From: Alphaproteobacteria bacterium
GTDB taxonomy: Bacteria > Pseudomonadota > Alphaproteobacteria > Bin95
Assembly: GCA_041687435.1 (NCBI GenBank)
Contig: JAWLBX010000007.1
Location: 33,108-97,107, forward strand
Direction: 5' to 3'
DNA length: 64,000 nucleotides
Each line of letters begins with the position of its first letter. The first letter of the stretch is position 1. Under the pieces are notes generated by a model that did not search any database, was not told the DNA's origin, and worked only from the letters and a program-made list of their open reading frames with translations. Position numbers and translations under genes: made by a program. Below, one piece after another: positions 1 to 9,317 of this stretch.

Positions 1-2422
1 CATAGCCATCGTCGGCGACGGTGAGGATCAATTCTTCCGCCGCGTGCAGTTCCGCAAAACGCTCCTCGTTCAAGGGCTGGTCATCAGCCAAATCGCTGGT
101 TTCATCCCGGCGGCGGGCCGCTGCCATGCGCAGATACGCATCGCGGGTTTCCGTATCGATCTCCGCACCATGCAGAATGGTCATGGAAATGACCTTATCG
201 CCATCGGCCAGTGCAATTCCTCGGATGCCGGTGGACGCTCGGCCTACGAAAACCCGCACATCGTCGACCGGGAACCGAATTGCTTTGCCATGATGGGTGG
301 CGAGCAGAAAGTGAGAGGTCGGCTCCGCCAGGGCGACCCCGATCAGGCTGTCGCCGTCTTCCAGTTTCATCGCAATCTTACCGTTTGCCATCACATTGGT
401 AAAATCGGACAACTTGTTGCGGCGGACATTGCCGCTGGCCGTGGCAAACACGATGTCCATGTCTTCCAGGCCGGGCGTATCTTCGTCCGGCAACGGCAGA
501 ACGGTGGAGATCGTCTCGCCCTGGGACAAGGGCAACAGATTGACCATGGCCTTGCCGCGCGCCTGCGGCGTGCCGATGGGGAGACGATAGGTTTTCAGCT
601 TGTAAACCATGCCCCGGGACGAGAAGAACAGCACCGGCGCATGTGTGTTGGCGACGAATACGTCGGCGACGAAATCCTCATCGCGGGTGGACATGCCCGA
701 ACGGCCTTTGCCGCCCCGGCGCTGCTCCCGATAGCTAGTGAGCGGCACACGCTTGATATAGCCTTGGCGGCTCACGGTAATGACCATATCCTCGCGCTGG
801 ATCAGGTCTTCGTCGTCCTGGTCTGCGTCGGCATCCAGGATTTCCGTCCGGCGGTCATTGCCGAACTTGTCCCGAACCGCCTCCAGTTCCTCGCGCATGA
901 TGGTGATGACGCGCTCCTGGCTCCCCAGAATATCGAGGTAGTCCTCGATCAGGCTTACCGTCTCGCGCAGGTCGGTGTCGATCTTCTCCCGCTCCAGGCC
1001 GGTCAGGCGGTGCAGACGCAGGTCAAGAATGGATTGGGCCTGAATCTGGCTGAACTGATAGTTGCCATCATCGCGGGCGGTGGCTCTGTCATCCACCAGG
1101 GCGATCAGGGGCGCCACGTCGCCGGCCGGCCAGAGCCGCTCCATCAGCCGCTCACGCGCGGTGGCCGGATCGGGCGCTTCCCTTATCAGGCGAATGACGG
1201 CATCCAGATTGGCGACGGCGACGGCCAGCGCCAACAGGGTGTTAGCCCGCTCGCGTGCCTTGCCCAGTTCATAGGCGGTGCGCCGGGTAATGACATCTTG
1301 GCGGAAGCGAATGAAGGCGTGCAGCACGGCCTTGAGCGGCATCACTTCCGGCCGGCCGCCGTTCAGTGCCAGCATGTTGTAGGCAAAGTGGCTTTGCACC
1401 GGCGTGAAACGAAAAAGCTGGTTCAAGACCACATCGGCCACCGCGTCCCGCTTCAGCTCGACGACGACGCGAATGCCGTGCCGGTCGCTCTCGTCGCGGA
1501 GATCGCTGATGCCTTCGATCAGCTTGAGGTTCACGACCTCCGCAATGCGCTCCACCATTTTGGCTTTGTTGGTCTGGTAGGGAACATCGGTGAGGATAAT
1601 GGCTTCGCGGCCGCCGGAACGTTCTTCGATCTCGTGCCGGGCGCGCATGATGACCGAGCCGCGGCCGGTCGTGAAGGCTTGGCGGATGCCACCGCGCCCC
1701 ATAACCAGCGCGCCGGTCGGGAAATCCGGGCCGGGCATGATTTCCATCAGCTCATCCAGGCTGATTTCGGGATCATCGAGATAGGCAAGCGTCGCCGCCA
1801 CCACCTCCCGCAGGTTGTGCGGCGGAATGTTGGTGGCCATGCCGACGGCAATACCCCCTGCCCCATTCACAAGCAGGTTCGGGAATTGCGCTGGCAGAAC
1901 GGTGGGCTCACGCTCGCTTTCATCATAATTGAGCTGAAAATCGACCGTGTCCTTGTCGATATCCGCCAGAAGCGGCTCGGCTGCCTGGGCCAGACGCGCC
2001 TCTGTATAGCGCATGGCCGCCGCCGGGTCCGCATCCATCGAGCCGAAATTGCCTTGGCCGGAGATCAACGGCAGCCGCATGCTGAATGGCTGCGCCATGC
2101 GCACCAGCGCGTCATAAATCGCGCTGTCACCATGCGGGTGGAATTGCCCCATGACGTCACCGACGATGCGCGCAGACTTGCGATAGGGCCGCGCCCAGTC
2201 ATAGCCACCGACCCGCATGGCATAGAGGATGCGCCGGTGCACCGGCTTCAGCCCGTCGCGCACATCCGGTATCGCCCGCGAAACGATCACGCTCATCGCG
2301 TAATCGAGATACGAGCGCTGCATTTCCTCTTCGATGGAAACGGGCGCGATATCGCGGTGCCCGTCCCGGGTTTCGTCGACCAAGAGTACTGTCCCTTTGC
2401 CCAGACCGTATGATCTCAACAT
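1..2422 (-). CDS. gyrA: DNA gyrase subunit A (N-terminal ~807 codons; C-terminus lies beyond the window start)
   Basis: The minus-strand frame is open from the window edge to ATG at 2422. My translation begins [69 protein letters not shown], which is the GyrA N-terminal signature rather than the ParC one. It is missing from the ORF track because there is no stop codon inside the window. The 789-aa plus-strand ORF 44..2413 is its antisense shadow. Confidence 0.95.
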   Translation of the reverse strand, partial: MLRSYGLGKGTVLLVDETRDGHRDIAPVSIEEEMQRSYLDYAMSVIVSRAIPDVRDGLKPVHRRILYAMRVGGYDWARPYRKSARIVGDVMGQFHPHGDSAIYDALVRMAQPFSMRLPLISGQGNFGSMDADPAAAMRYTEARLAQAAEPLLADIDKDTVDFQLNYDESEREPTVLPAQFPNLLVNGAGGIAVGMATNIPPHNLREVVAATLAYLDDPEISLDELMEIMPGPDFPTGALVMGRGGIRQAFTTGRGSVIMRARHEIEERSGGREAIILTDVPYQTNKAKMVERIAEVVNLKLIEGISDLRDESDRHGIRVVVELKRDAVADVVLNQLFRFTPVQSHFAYNMLALNGGRPEVMPLKAVLHAFIRFRQDVITRRTAYELGKARERANTLLALAVAVANLDAVIRLIREAPDPATARERLMERLWPAGDVAPLIALVDDRATARDDGNYQFSQIQAQSILDLRLHRLTGLEREKIDTDLRETVSLIEDYLDILGSQERVITIMREELEAVRDKFGNDRRTEILDADADQDDEDLIQREDMVITVSRQGYIKRVPLTSYREQRRGGKGRSGMSTRDEDFVADVFVANTHAPVLFFSSRGMVYKLKTYRLPIGTPQARGKAMVNLLPLSQGETISTVLPLPDEDTPGLEDMDIVFATASGNVRRNKLSDFTNVMANGKIAMKLEDGDSLIGVALAEPTSHFLLATHHGKAIRFPVDDVRVFVGRASTGIRGIALADGDKVISMTILHGAEIDTETRDAYLRMAAARRRDETSDLADDQPLNEERFAELHAAEELILTVADDGY

Positions 2423-2589
2423 CTTGGGGCTCAGCGGCGGGTCGGCCCGCTAAAGATAGTGGAACCTGCGCATCTGTCACCCTGCTGTAACCTAGCAGGC
2501 TAGGGGGCGAATGGCCAGAGGTTAGGCACTTGAACCGGGGCGGCTCCGGGGGATGGTCCGCCGCGGTGTGATTGGGCTCTGAGACACCC

Positions 2590-3126
2590 TCAGCGTGCAG
2601 CGTTTGCCATCGCGCGCAGGTCTTTCGCCTCCATCCCGCGCTGCCAGTAAAGAATGTCGAGCGGTGGCGGCTCCGCGCCTGTGACGATCGACAGGATGGC
2701 ATGGGCCTGCCCGCGGTGGTGGGCGTGGTGGTTGAAGAAATGCGCCAGGACAGAGCACAGTTCCTGCGTATGGCCGGCGCCGCTGGTCGTGGCATAAGTC
2801 ACGTCGCCGGCGAACCGTTCGGGCGCCAGACCGGCAATGTACGCCTGGATTCGCTCATCCTCCGCCGCCCTCGCGTCCGCCAGAGTCGCCAGATCATCAT
2901 AGAGGATGGCATCCAGGCGGTTCGGCGAGTCGCCTGTGCCGGTCAGACGCTTCATCCAAATTCGATCTGCAACCAGAATGTGGTTCAGCGTTCCGTGCAG
3001 ACTGCGGAAGAACGCGCCAGCATCGCGGCGGTAATCTGCGTCGTTGAGGGCAAAAGCGGCTTCATATAACCGGGCATTCGCCCAGGCATTGTAATCGGCC
3101 GCTCGGGTAAAGTGCTCTTTCAGCAT
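2590..3126 (-). CDS. DinB/YfiT-like metal-dependent four-helix-bundle protein
   Basis: 178-aa ORF with DinB-family histidine context (LHGTLNHILVADRIW, HFFNHHAHHRGQ). ATG at 3126. Confidence 0.85.
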   Translation of the reverse strand: MLKEHFTRAADYNAWANARLYEAAFALNDADYRRDAGAFFRSLHGTLNHILVADRIWMKRLTGTGDSPNRLDAILYDDLATLADARAAEDERIQAYIAGLAPERFAGDVTYATTSGAGHTQELCSVLAHFFNHHAHHRGQAHAILSIVTGAEPPPLDILYWQRGMEAKDLRAMANAAR

Positions 3127-3268
3127 CGTGCCGAGCCTCGCTTGGTCCTGTTTGCAGGTGCGATCATCCTACGGTTTTTGGCTGCGGCGATGGCGTGAGA
3201 AATTCTCGACAGAGGATATCAGAAGTGTTGGATTATCCGCAGTCCAACATGAGAATAATTTGCCGACT

Positions 3269-4213
3269 ATGATCGGAAAACCGTTACCGCTGCCTACCCT
3301 GCCTACCCTGCCTTCCATGCGGGCGCTGCGCGCGTTCACACTGGTCGCGGAGCAAGGCAGCTTTGTTGGGGCGGCGGCGCGCCTGGGCGTGAGCCGATCG
3401 GCAGTTTCGCATCTTGTGGCCGATCTGGAACGCCAACTGGGCGCGCCCCTGTTCTGGCGTGGACCCGACGGCATCCGCCTCACAGATGAAGGTGCGGCAC
3501 TGCTGCAGGGCCTGCGCGAGCCGATCGACCGGATCGAAAGCGCCCTCGCCGGTTTTCGTCGCGACCAGCGGGAGGTGCGTCTCAGCACCATTTCAACTTT
3601 CGCCTCATTCTGGCTGATACCCCGCCTGCCCGCCTTTCACGCCGCCCGGCCGGAAGTGCGGGTTGCAGTCTCGACCTCGGTGCAAGTGGCGGATTTTGAA
3701 CGATCCGGCCTCGATTGCGCCATCCGACATGGCCGCGGCGGTTGGGATGGCCTCGATTCAACCCTGCTATTTCATGAATCGCTGGTCGCGGTCGGCCTGC
3801 CGTCGATCATCGCTGCAGCCAGGCCGGGTGAGCTGGGCGGCCTGCTGCATGAAACGCGGGTGATTGGCGTTTCGACTCGCCCGGACGATCTGCGCACCTG
3901 GTGGCAGGGGGCTGGGCTTGATGGCCCACTGCCGCAACCTGCCCTGACCGTGGAAACCCGTGCGCAGGCGATAGCCGGTGCGCTTGCCGGGGCCGGTATT
4001 GCGTTGGCGGATCCGCGGCTGATTCAGTCAAACACCCAGGCGCGAACGCTGGCCATCCTGCCCTTGCCGTCTGTGCCGCTGGCGACAGGCTATCACTTCG
4101 TGACCCCGCCGCGCTCACGCAGCCGCAAGAATGTGCAACTGCTGAAGCAGTGGGTGCTGGCCGAGGCTGCTAGGGAAGCGGTGGACCTACCGGCGTTGGA
4201 GGCGGGCTGTTAA
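3269..4213 (+). CDS. LysR-family transcriptional regulator
   Basis: The N-terminal wHTH is MRALRAFTLVAEQGSFVGAAARLGVSRSAVSHLVADLERQLG, followed by a LysR substrate-binding region. I moved the start to ATG 3269, because the GTG 3128 start in the ORF track adds 47 residues with no family resemblance. The gene is divergent from the DinB gene. Confidence 0.9.
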   Translation: MIGKPLPLPTLPTLPSMRALRAFTLVAEQGSFVGAAARLGVSRSAVSHLVADLERQLGAPLFWRGPDGIRLTDEGAALLQGLREPIDRIESALAGFRRDQREVRLSTISTFASFWLIPRLPAFHAARPEVRVAVSTSVQVADFERSGLDCAIRHGRGGWDGLDSTLLFHESLVAVGLPSIIAAARPGELGGLLHETRVIGVSTRPDDLRTWWQGAGLDGPLPQPALTVETRAQAIAGALAGAGIALADPRLIQSNTQARTLAILPLPSVPLATGYHFVTPPRSRSRKNVQLLKQWVLAEAAREAVDLPALEAGC

Positions 4214-4232
4214 CATGGCCAGCGCGTTATTT

Positions 4233-5468
4233 TCAGGGTAAGCGCGGCGCCCTTGCACGACCAAGGGCGATCAGACCAACGATACACAAAACGCCCAGCA
4301 CCGCGAATCCAGCGGTCGCCGGAATCACCAGATCATAGCCACCAGCCTGCCAAATCAGCGACCCGATATGCGGAGCAAACGCAAACCCGACCAAATACGG
4401 CAAGGCCAGCCAGCCGGCTATGGCTCCATACCCGGTTCGGCCCAGGAATTCTGCGGTAATTGCCGGCTTGATGATGCTGGTCAGCCCGTAAGCAGCACCC
4501 TGGAAGATCGCAAAGCCGAATGCCAGGGACGGCGAAGCCCCTGCCATCAAGAGCAGAAACGACGCGACCACAACGCCGGTAAACGCGAACCCAGCCACCC
4601 CCAGCGTGCTGACATGCCGTTCCACCATTGCGAGTACGACCCGCCCGGCAACCTGCATCGGCCCGATCGTGGAAGCGACAACCACGGCTGTTGCCTCCGG
4701 AATGTTTCGCTCCGTCAGCAATGGCATGATGTGGTTCAACAGAATTCCGTGATTGAGCGCCATCAACGGAAACGCCAGTGCGATGATCCAGAATTGCGGC
4801 TTGCGCAGGGCAGCCATCAGCGCCGCCCGGTTCTCTGCCTTTGGCGTGGGCCTAGCCAGTTCACCGGCCGCCTCTTCGAGCAAGGCCGCACCGGCATACA
4901 GCATCGGCGCGGCCAGGCCGACAGCAGCCGCGGCGAACACAAGCGCCGTGGTGCGCCAGTCCGTGGCCTCTACCAGAGACGCGGCCGAGAGAAAGCTGAC
5001 GGTGGAGGCAAAGCCGGCCATCAGAGTGATTCGCGTAATCGCCGGGCGGGCATGAGCGCCCTTGGCCCGGGTGACGACCGAGAAGCAGGGTTCGTAGAGG
5101 CAGAAGGCCTGCGCGGCACCCATCACCACCCAGGCAGCGAGATAAGTGGCGACCGTCTCCGCCTGCGAAAGTCCGGCCAGGCCCAGCCCGCCGACCAACG
5201 CGCCCAGGCCCAGCACCCGCCGCCCGTGCCCGGCATCGATCAGCCGCCCGGCCACGGGCGAAGCCAGCGCCGCCACCAGGATCGCCAAGGTCAGGCCCAG
5301 GGTGAGATCTGCCTTCTCCCAACCCAGGTCACGCTCCCAGGGCAACAGCAGGGCCGCAAACACATAGAAAATGCAAGCCCAGATAATCGTTTCGCCCAGC
5401 CCCAGAAGCCAGACGCCGATGGCTGCCGCCCGGTCAGGCCGGGCAGACGCGAAAGCGCTGAAAGTCAT
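4233..5468 (-). CDS. MFS transporter
   Basis: 411 aa with multiple hydrophobic spans. An MFS-type loop motif (GRLIDAGHGRR) follows the second span. Confidence 0.85.
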   Translation of the reverse strand: MTFSAFASARPDRAAAIGVWLLGLGETIIWACIFYVFAALLLPWERDLGWEKADLTLGLTLAILVAALASPVAGRLIDAGHGRRVLGLGALVGGLGLAGLSQAETVATYLAAWVVMGAAQAFCLYEPCFSVVTRAKGAHARPAITRITLMAGFASTVSFLSAASLVEATDWRTTALVFAAAAVGLAAPMLYAGAALLEEAAGELARPTPKAENRAALMAALRKPQFWIIALAFPLMALNHGILLNHIMPLLTERNIPEATAVVVASTIGPMQVAGRVVLAMVERHVSTLGVAGFAFTGVVVASFLLLMAGASPSLAFGFAIFQGAAYGLTSIIKPAITAEFLGRTGYGAIAGWLALPYLVGFAFAPHIGSLIWQAGGYDLVIPATAGFAVLGVLCIVGLIALGRARAPRLP

Positions 5469-5477
5469 GGCGAGTTG

Positions 5478-5879
5478 TTATGCCGGCTTGAACATTGGCA
5501 GAGTCACGTCTTCCGTCACGTCATCGAAGCAGATCTTGACCGGCATACCGATCCGCACGCTTTCCGGATCGCAATCGACGATATTCGTCATCATGCGGGG
5601 GCCCTCCGCGAGCTCCACGATTGCCAGAACAAACGGCGTCTTCGCCGCAAAACCCGGATGACCGGCGCGATAGTTAACGGAGTATGAATAAACAGTGGCG
5701 TTGCCGGACGCCTCTTCCCACTCCAAATTGCTGGAAAGGCAGTGGCTGCACACGCCGCGCGGGTAGAACTGGTGCTGGCCGCAGTCACCGCATTTCTGGA
5801 GAACGAAACGGTGCTCCTTGGCGGCCTGCCAGTAAGGTTCCGTATCCTGATAGGGCTTCGGCAGGGGAATCTGGCTCAT
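5478..5879 (-). CDS. Zn-ribbon/OB-fold protein (DUF35 family, thiolase partner)
   Basis: Contains a CGDCGQHQFYPRGVCSHC zinc ribbon followed by an OB-fold-like C-terminus. ATG at 5879 (MSQIPLPKPY) lies 2 nt after the stop of the upstream thiolase-like gene. Confidence 0.85.
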   Translation of the reverse strand: MSQIPLPKPYQDTEPYWQAAKEHRFVLQKCGDCGQHQFYPRGVCSHCLSSNLEWEEASGNATVYSYSVNYRAGHPGFAAKTPFVLAIVELAEGPRMMTNIVDCDPESVRIGMPVKICFDDVTEDVTLPMFKPA

Positions 5880-5881
5880 GA

Positions 5882-7051
5882 TTATTCCCTCCCGAGAATG
5901 ATGGTGCCTGTGGATGAAAGCACGCCGCCGGTGCCGTTCGCCAGCGCGACCTCTGCGCCCCCGACCTGTCGCGGCCCGCACTCACCGCGCAACTGCCGCA
6001 CCGCCTCGATCACCGTGAAAATGCCGAACATGCCGGGGTGGGTGTAGCTGAGCGCGCCGCCCTGGGTGTTCATCGGAAAATCGCCTCCGGGCGCCGTACG
6101 CTGATTCTCTACGAACGCCCCGCCCTCCCCCTTTTTGCAGAAACCCAGGCTTTCCAATGTCAGCAGCACTGTAATGGTGAAGCTGTCGTAAATCTCTGCC
6201 ACGTCAATATCCGCATGCGAGACCCCTGCCCGCTCGAACGCCAGCCGGCCGCTGATTTTGGCGGCTGTTTCGGTCAGGTCCGGCATCTGGCTGATCATGC
6301 GGTGCGTGTGCGCCTCACCCGTGCCCAGCACGCTGACTGGGCGTTTCTTTAGATCGCGGGCGCGTTCCATGGAAGTCAGAACCACCGCGCCGCCCGCGTC
6401 CGTCACCAGGCAGCAATCCAGCAGGTGCAAGGGTGAGGCGATCATGCGGGAGTTCAGCACGTCCTCAATCGTGATCGGGTCGCGCATGCGGGCGAGCGGG
6501 TTCAGGCTGGCCCACTTGCGCGTCGCCACCGCGATTTCCGCCAACTGCTCGGACGTGGTGCCGTACTCGTGCATGTGCCGCTGCGCCGCCAGGGCATAGC
6601 TGCCGACGGTGGAAACACCGTAGGGCTCCTCGAACTGGGCCGGGCCGAAGACCGTTTCCTTGCCAGACACCGGCCCCGCCTTGCCGCCGCGATCGGAGAT
6701 ATTGGTGGAACCGTGGCAAATCAGGGCGACATTACAGAGACCGGTCGCAATCGCCATCGCCGCATGCTCGACATAGGCCACGAACGAGGAGCCTCCGATG
6801 GAGGTTGAGTCGGTATAACGGGGTTTGATGCCCATATACTCCGCCATCAGCATAGAGGAAAACTCGCCGCCCTCCGTAATGATGGTGGTGAAAACGCCGT
6901 CCACGTCGTCCTTGGTCAACCCAGCCTCATCCAGCGCCTTCTTGCTGGCCTCAGCAGAGAGCTGGAACTTGCTTTTGTGCGGTACGCGGCCAATGTCGCT
7001 CTCTGCAACACCGGCAATCGCCACCTTGCGGTAAAGGTTATTCAGGTCCAA
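5882..7051 (-). CDS. Thiolase-like (SCP-x type) acetyl-CoA C-acyltransferase family protein
   Basis: Thiolase-fold sequence throughout, with C-terminal GGALSYTHPGMFG. I placed the start at TTG 7051 (MDLNNLYRKVAIAG) because GGAGGA sits 7 nt upstream. The longer start in the ORF track adds an Arg-rich extension. Confidence 0.85.
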   Translation of the reverse strand: MDLNNLYRKVAIAGVAESDIGRVPHKSKFQLSAEASKKALDEAGLTKDDVDGVFTTIITEGGEFSSMLMAEYMGIKPRYTDSTSIGGSSFVAYVEHAAMAIATGLCNVALICHGSTNISDRGGKAGPVSGKETVFGPAQFEEPYGVSTVGSYALAAQRHMHEYGTTSEQLAEIAVATRKWASLNPLARMRDPITIEDVLNSRMIASPLHLLDCCLVTDAGGAVVLTSMERARDLKKRPVSVLGTGEAHTHRMISQMPDLTETAAKISGRLAFERAGVSHADIDVAEIYDSFTITVLLTLESLGFCKKGEGGAFVENQRTAPGGDFPMNTQGGALSYTHPGMFGIFTVIEAVRQLRGECGPRQVGGAEVALANGTGGVLSSTGTIILGRE

Positions 7052-7138
7052 AGGGCGGGTCCTCCTTCGTTTTCCGGGCCAGCGCGGCCGAACGTTTGGC
7101 CGCAAGTTTACGCCCGTTGCCGTAAAACGATAGGGGGA

Positions 7139-7459
7139 TCAGCGCCGGCGGAACAGAATGAGCAGGATAAGGCCAATGCCAGCCAACGTGGCCATGGCCG
7201 GCCACAGCAATACGGTCTGAAGGCCAGGGTCCCAAATGACCGGCGACAGATAGCGCTGAACAACCGCCTGCAGCAGGTTAAGACTGTCGCGATGCACCTG
7301 AAACCAGATCTCTCCGCCGCTGGAAAAACGAAAGATGCCGGATTCATGCCACAGCACTGCATCCCGGATTGCAATGATCGCCCCCGCCAGGACGAAAACC
7401 CAACCGATCAAACGCCCGAAAAGCATAGTTTTCCACCCCGCCGAACCGTGAACCGTCAT
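7139..7459 (-). CDS. Small integral membrane protein, unknown function
   Basis: About 106 aa with 2-3 hydrophobic spans (LIGWVFVLAGAIIAI, LLWPAMATLAGIGLILLILF). The start is ambiguous among TTG 7465, ATG 7459 and an internal Met. Confidence 0.5.
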   Translation of the reverse strand: MTVHGSAGWKTMLFGRLIGWVFVLAGAIIAIRDAVLWHESGIFRFSSGGEIWFQVHRDSLNLLQAVVQRYLSPVIWDPGLQTVLLWPAMATLAGIGLILLILFRRR

Positions 7460-7565
7460 TTTCAATGAAACTGCGACACCTTGCCGGGAGATTTCGCAAC
7501 CGGCGATGCGGCACGGCGTTGCGCCCGCGCCGCATCGTGGCTATGTTGCGCCCCTCGTTCCTAAA

Positions 7566-7656
7566 GGGGAGGTGGCCGAGTGGTTGAAGGCGCACGCCTG
7601 GAACGCGTGTATACGGTAACCCCGTATCGTGGGTTCGAATCCCACCCTCTCCGCCA
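7566..7656 (+). tRNA. tRNA-Ser (anticodon GGA), class II with long variable arm, encoded CCA
   Basis: I folded it by hand.
- Acceptor stem: GGGGAGG/CCTCTCC with one G-T pair.
- D stem: GCC/GGC.
- Anticodon stem: CACGC/GCGTG, with loop CTGGAAC (T33, GGA, A37).
- Variable arm: ATACGG-TAACC-CCGTAT.
- T arm: GTGGG-TTCGAAT-CCCAC.
- Discriminator G, then CCA.
Total length is 91 nt. Confidence 0.95.
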
Positions 7657-7894
7657 TTTCTACCTGATTTTATTGTGAAATTTCCGCTTATAGCGTTGCG
7701 TTCCCCCAATGGCTCCCCGATAGAGGGGTTGCTATCCCCAACTTCTCACAAATAAATTAAATAATGTACCCGAGCGCCAAAGGTGCGGGCGCCAAATCGC
7801 CAAATGCGGGTCCGGTTGACTGAATGAGCCTTGCTATGTGATGCTGATTAAGTCGGAAGCGTGCCGACCCGTTATACGAGTCACATATCTGAAT

Positions 7895-8344
7895 ATGATA
7901 TGCCGTTTTTCAGCAATTGCCATCATGTGCATGGTCGTGGCGTTACCGGCTCAGGCTGCTGAGTTGAAGCCGCTGCAAGAGTTGCCCGGCACAGCTGCGC
8001 CTTACATCCCAACCAGATGCGCAGCGTTGACACAAGCATTGATGGAGTGGGTTGGAAAGGATCGGATTGGTAGCAAAGATTGGTCTGTAATGGAGAGTGG
8101 ATTAGTTGCGAATTTGATGATGGCATCAAATCTGTCCAAAAAGAATGGCATGGATGGTTCTGATGAATATATCATGAATATAATTTTGCGTGATGTGCGG
8201 AATATTGCGAATTTGTATATAGATCGGTTCAAAAATAACTACGCAATTCAAGGCGAGGCTTTTGCAAATGATAGAGTTATGATTCTAGATATGTTTTTTT
8301 GTAAAGAGGTCACGGAAAATTCTTATTCTAAATTTGAGAATTGA
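7895..8344 (+). CDS. Orphan secreted protein (signal peptide) in AT-rich islet
   Basis: The ORF runs 7838..8344. An internal ATG at 7895 gives MICRFSAIAIMCMVVALPAQA-AELKP, a Sec signal with an AxA site. Its codon usage is strongly AT-biased, unlike all neighbouring genes. I recognise no family. Confidence 0.55.
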   Translation: MICRFSAIAIMCMVVALPAQAAELKPLQELPGTAAPYIPTRCAALTQALMEWVGKDRIGSKDWSVMESGLVANLMMASNLSKKNGMDGSDEYIMNIILRDVRNIANLYIDRFKNNYAIQGEAFANDRVMILDMFFCKEVTENSYSKFEN

Positions 8345-8742
8345 ATATATTATAGTGATCTTGTGTGATTACGTTAAGATCGGCTCCCGCTTTTTAACGA
8401 TATAGCCTCAGGGATATTTTGTGTCGCTAGCAGGCAAGCGTCGGTGACGTGGTACCGTCTCAAAGGCCCGGCAATTAGGGAATTTCGCGCTAAAGTACTG
8501 ACAAGTCGACGTTATTTTGCTTCTTGAGTGTGCCTTAACCTCTAAAACGGCGCTTTTCCCTGTATTTTCGCTGTTTAACAGGCGGCCGCATCGGAGACGA
8601 GTTCGCAGCAGACTGCCTGCACCGCCATGCCAGCGAACCTTCTGACATCCCCCGTCATTGCCAATTTTGCGCGCGCGCATTGCATTGACACCGATGGCCT
8701 CCGGTTGCCATTCTGACCGTCCAATCAGGAGGAAATCACGAT

Positions 8743-9054
8743 ATGTCTCGCGTTCATGTTATTGCGGTCATCACGACCAAGCCCGGCAAGCGTGAGGAGG
8801 TGTTGAACCTGTTCCGTGCCAACGTGCCGACGGTTCTTGCCGAGGATGGCTGCCTGGAATACGGCGCCACGGTCGATTGTGCGGATGCTGGGTTTGCGAC
8901 GAAATATGGAGAGGATACGTTCGTCGTCATTGAGAAATGGGCGAGCCTGGCCGCACTCGGCGCTCACGCGGCATCGCCTCACATGAAGGAATATGGCGCC
9001 AAGACCAAGGATATGCTGGCCGACCGCGTTATTCATGTGATGTCGGACGCCTAA
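8743..9054 (+). CDS. Antibiotic-biosynthesis-monooxygenase (ABM/YgiN-like) domain protein
   Basis: 103 aa with a ferredoxin-like ABM pattern (VHVIAVITTKPGKREE ... FVVIEKWASLAALGAHAASPHMKEY). AGGAGG lies upstream of the ATG. Confidence 0.85.
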   Translation: MSRVHVIAVITTKPGKREEVLNLFRANVPTVLAEDGCLEYGATVDCADAGFATKYGEDTFVVIEKWASLAALGAHAASPHMKEYGAKTKDMLADRVIHVMSDA

Positions 9055-9090
9055 CGAAGAGTGCCATCCCGTCTGCAGCGCAGGCAAATA

Positions 9091-9130
9091 AAGGGGAGAT
9101 GCCATTGCCCATGGCCCTCCCCTTTATCTT
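9091..9130 (+). terminator. Rho-independent terminator after the ABM gene
   Basis: Composite hairpin AAGGGGAG-at-GCCAT-tgccc-ATGGC-c-CTCCCCTT, followed by TATCTT. Confidence 0.7.
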
Positions 9131-9317
9131 GTCGCGGGCCCGAGAAGCAGACCGCCTTTTTCAGCGGCTGCGCGCTGCGGTCGAGGTTTATCGCTCTCTG
9201 GCGATTGCCCCGGTAGACTTTCGTCGTTAGCGTGGCCCCATGCAAGGCCAACAGGAAACGCTGGCGCAAGAGCATGTTTGTACCGCCCGGCGTTCGATTT
9301 TTTTGAGGGATTCCGTC

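Noticed and set aside
44-2413. A 789-aa plus-strand ORF spanning almost the whole left end of the window.
   Set aside because: It is the antisense shadow of gyrA. Its translation is Arg/Gly/Ala/His-rich with no recognisable motif. The minus-strand frame reads as textbook GyrA.
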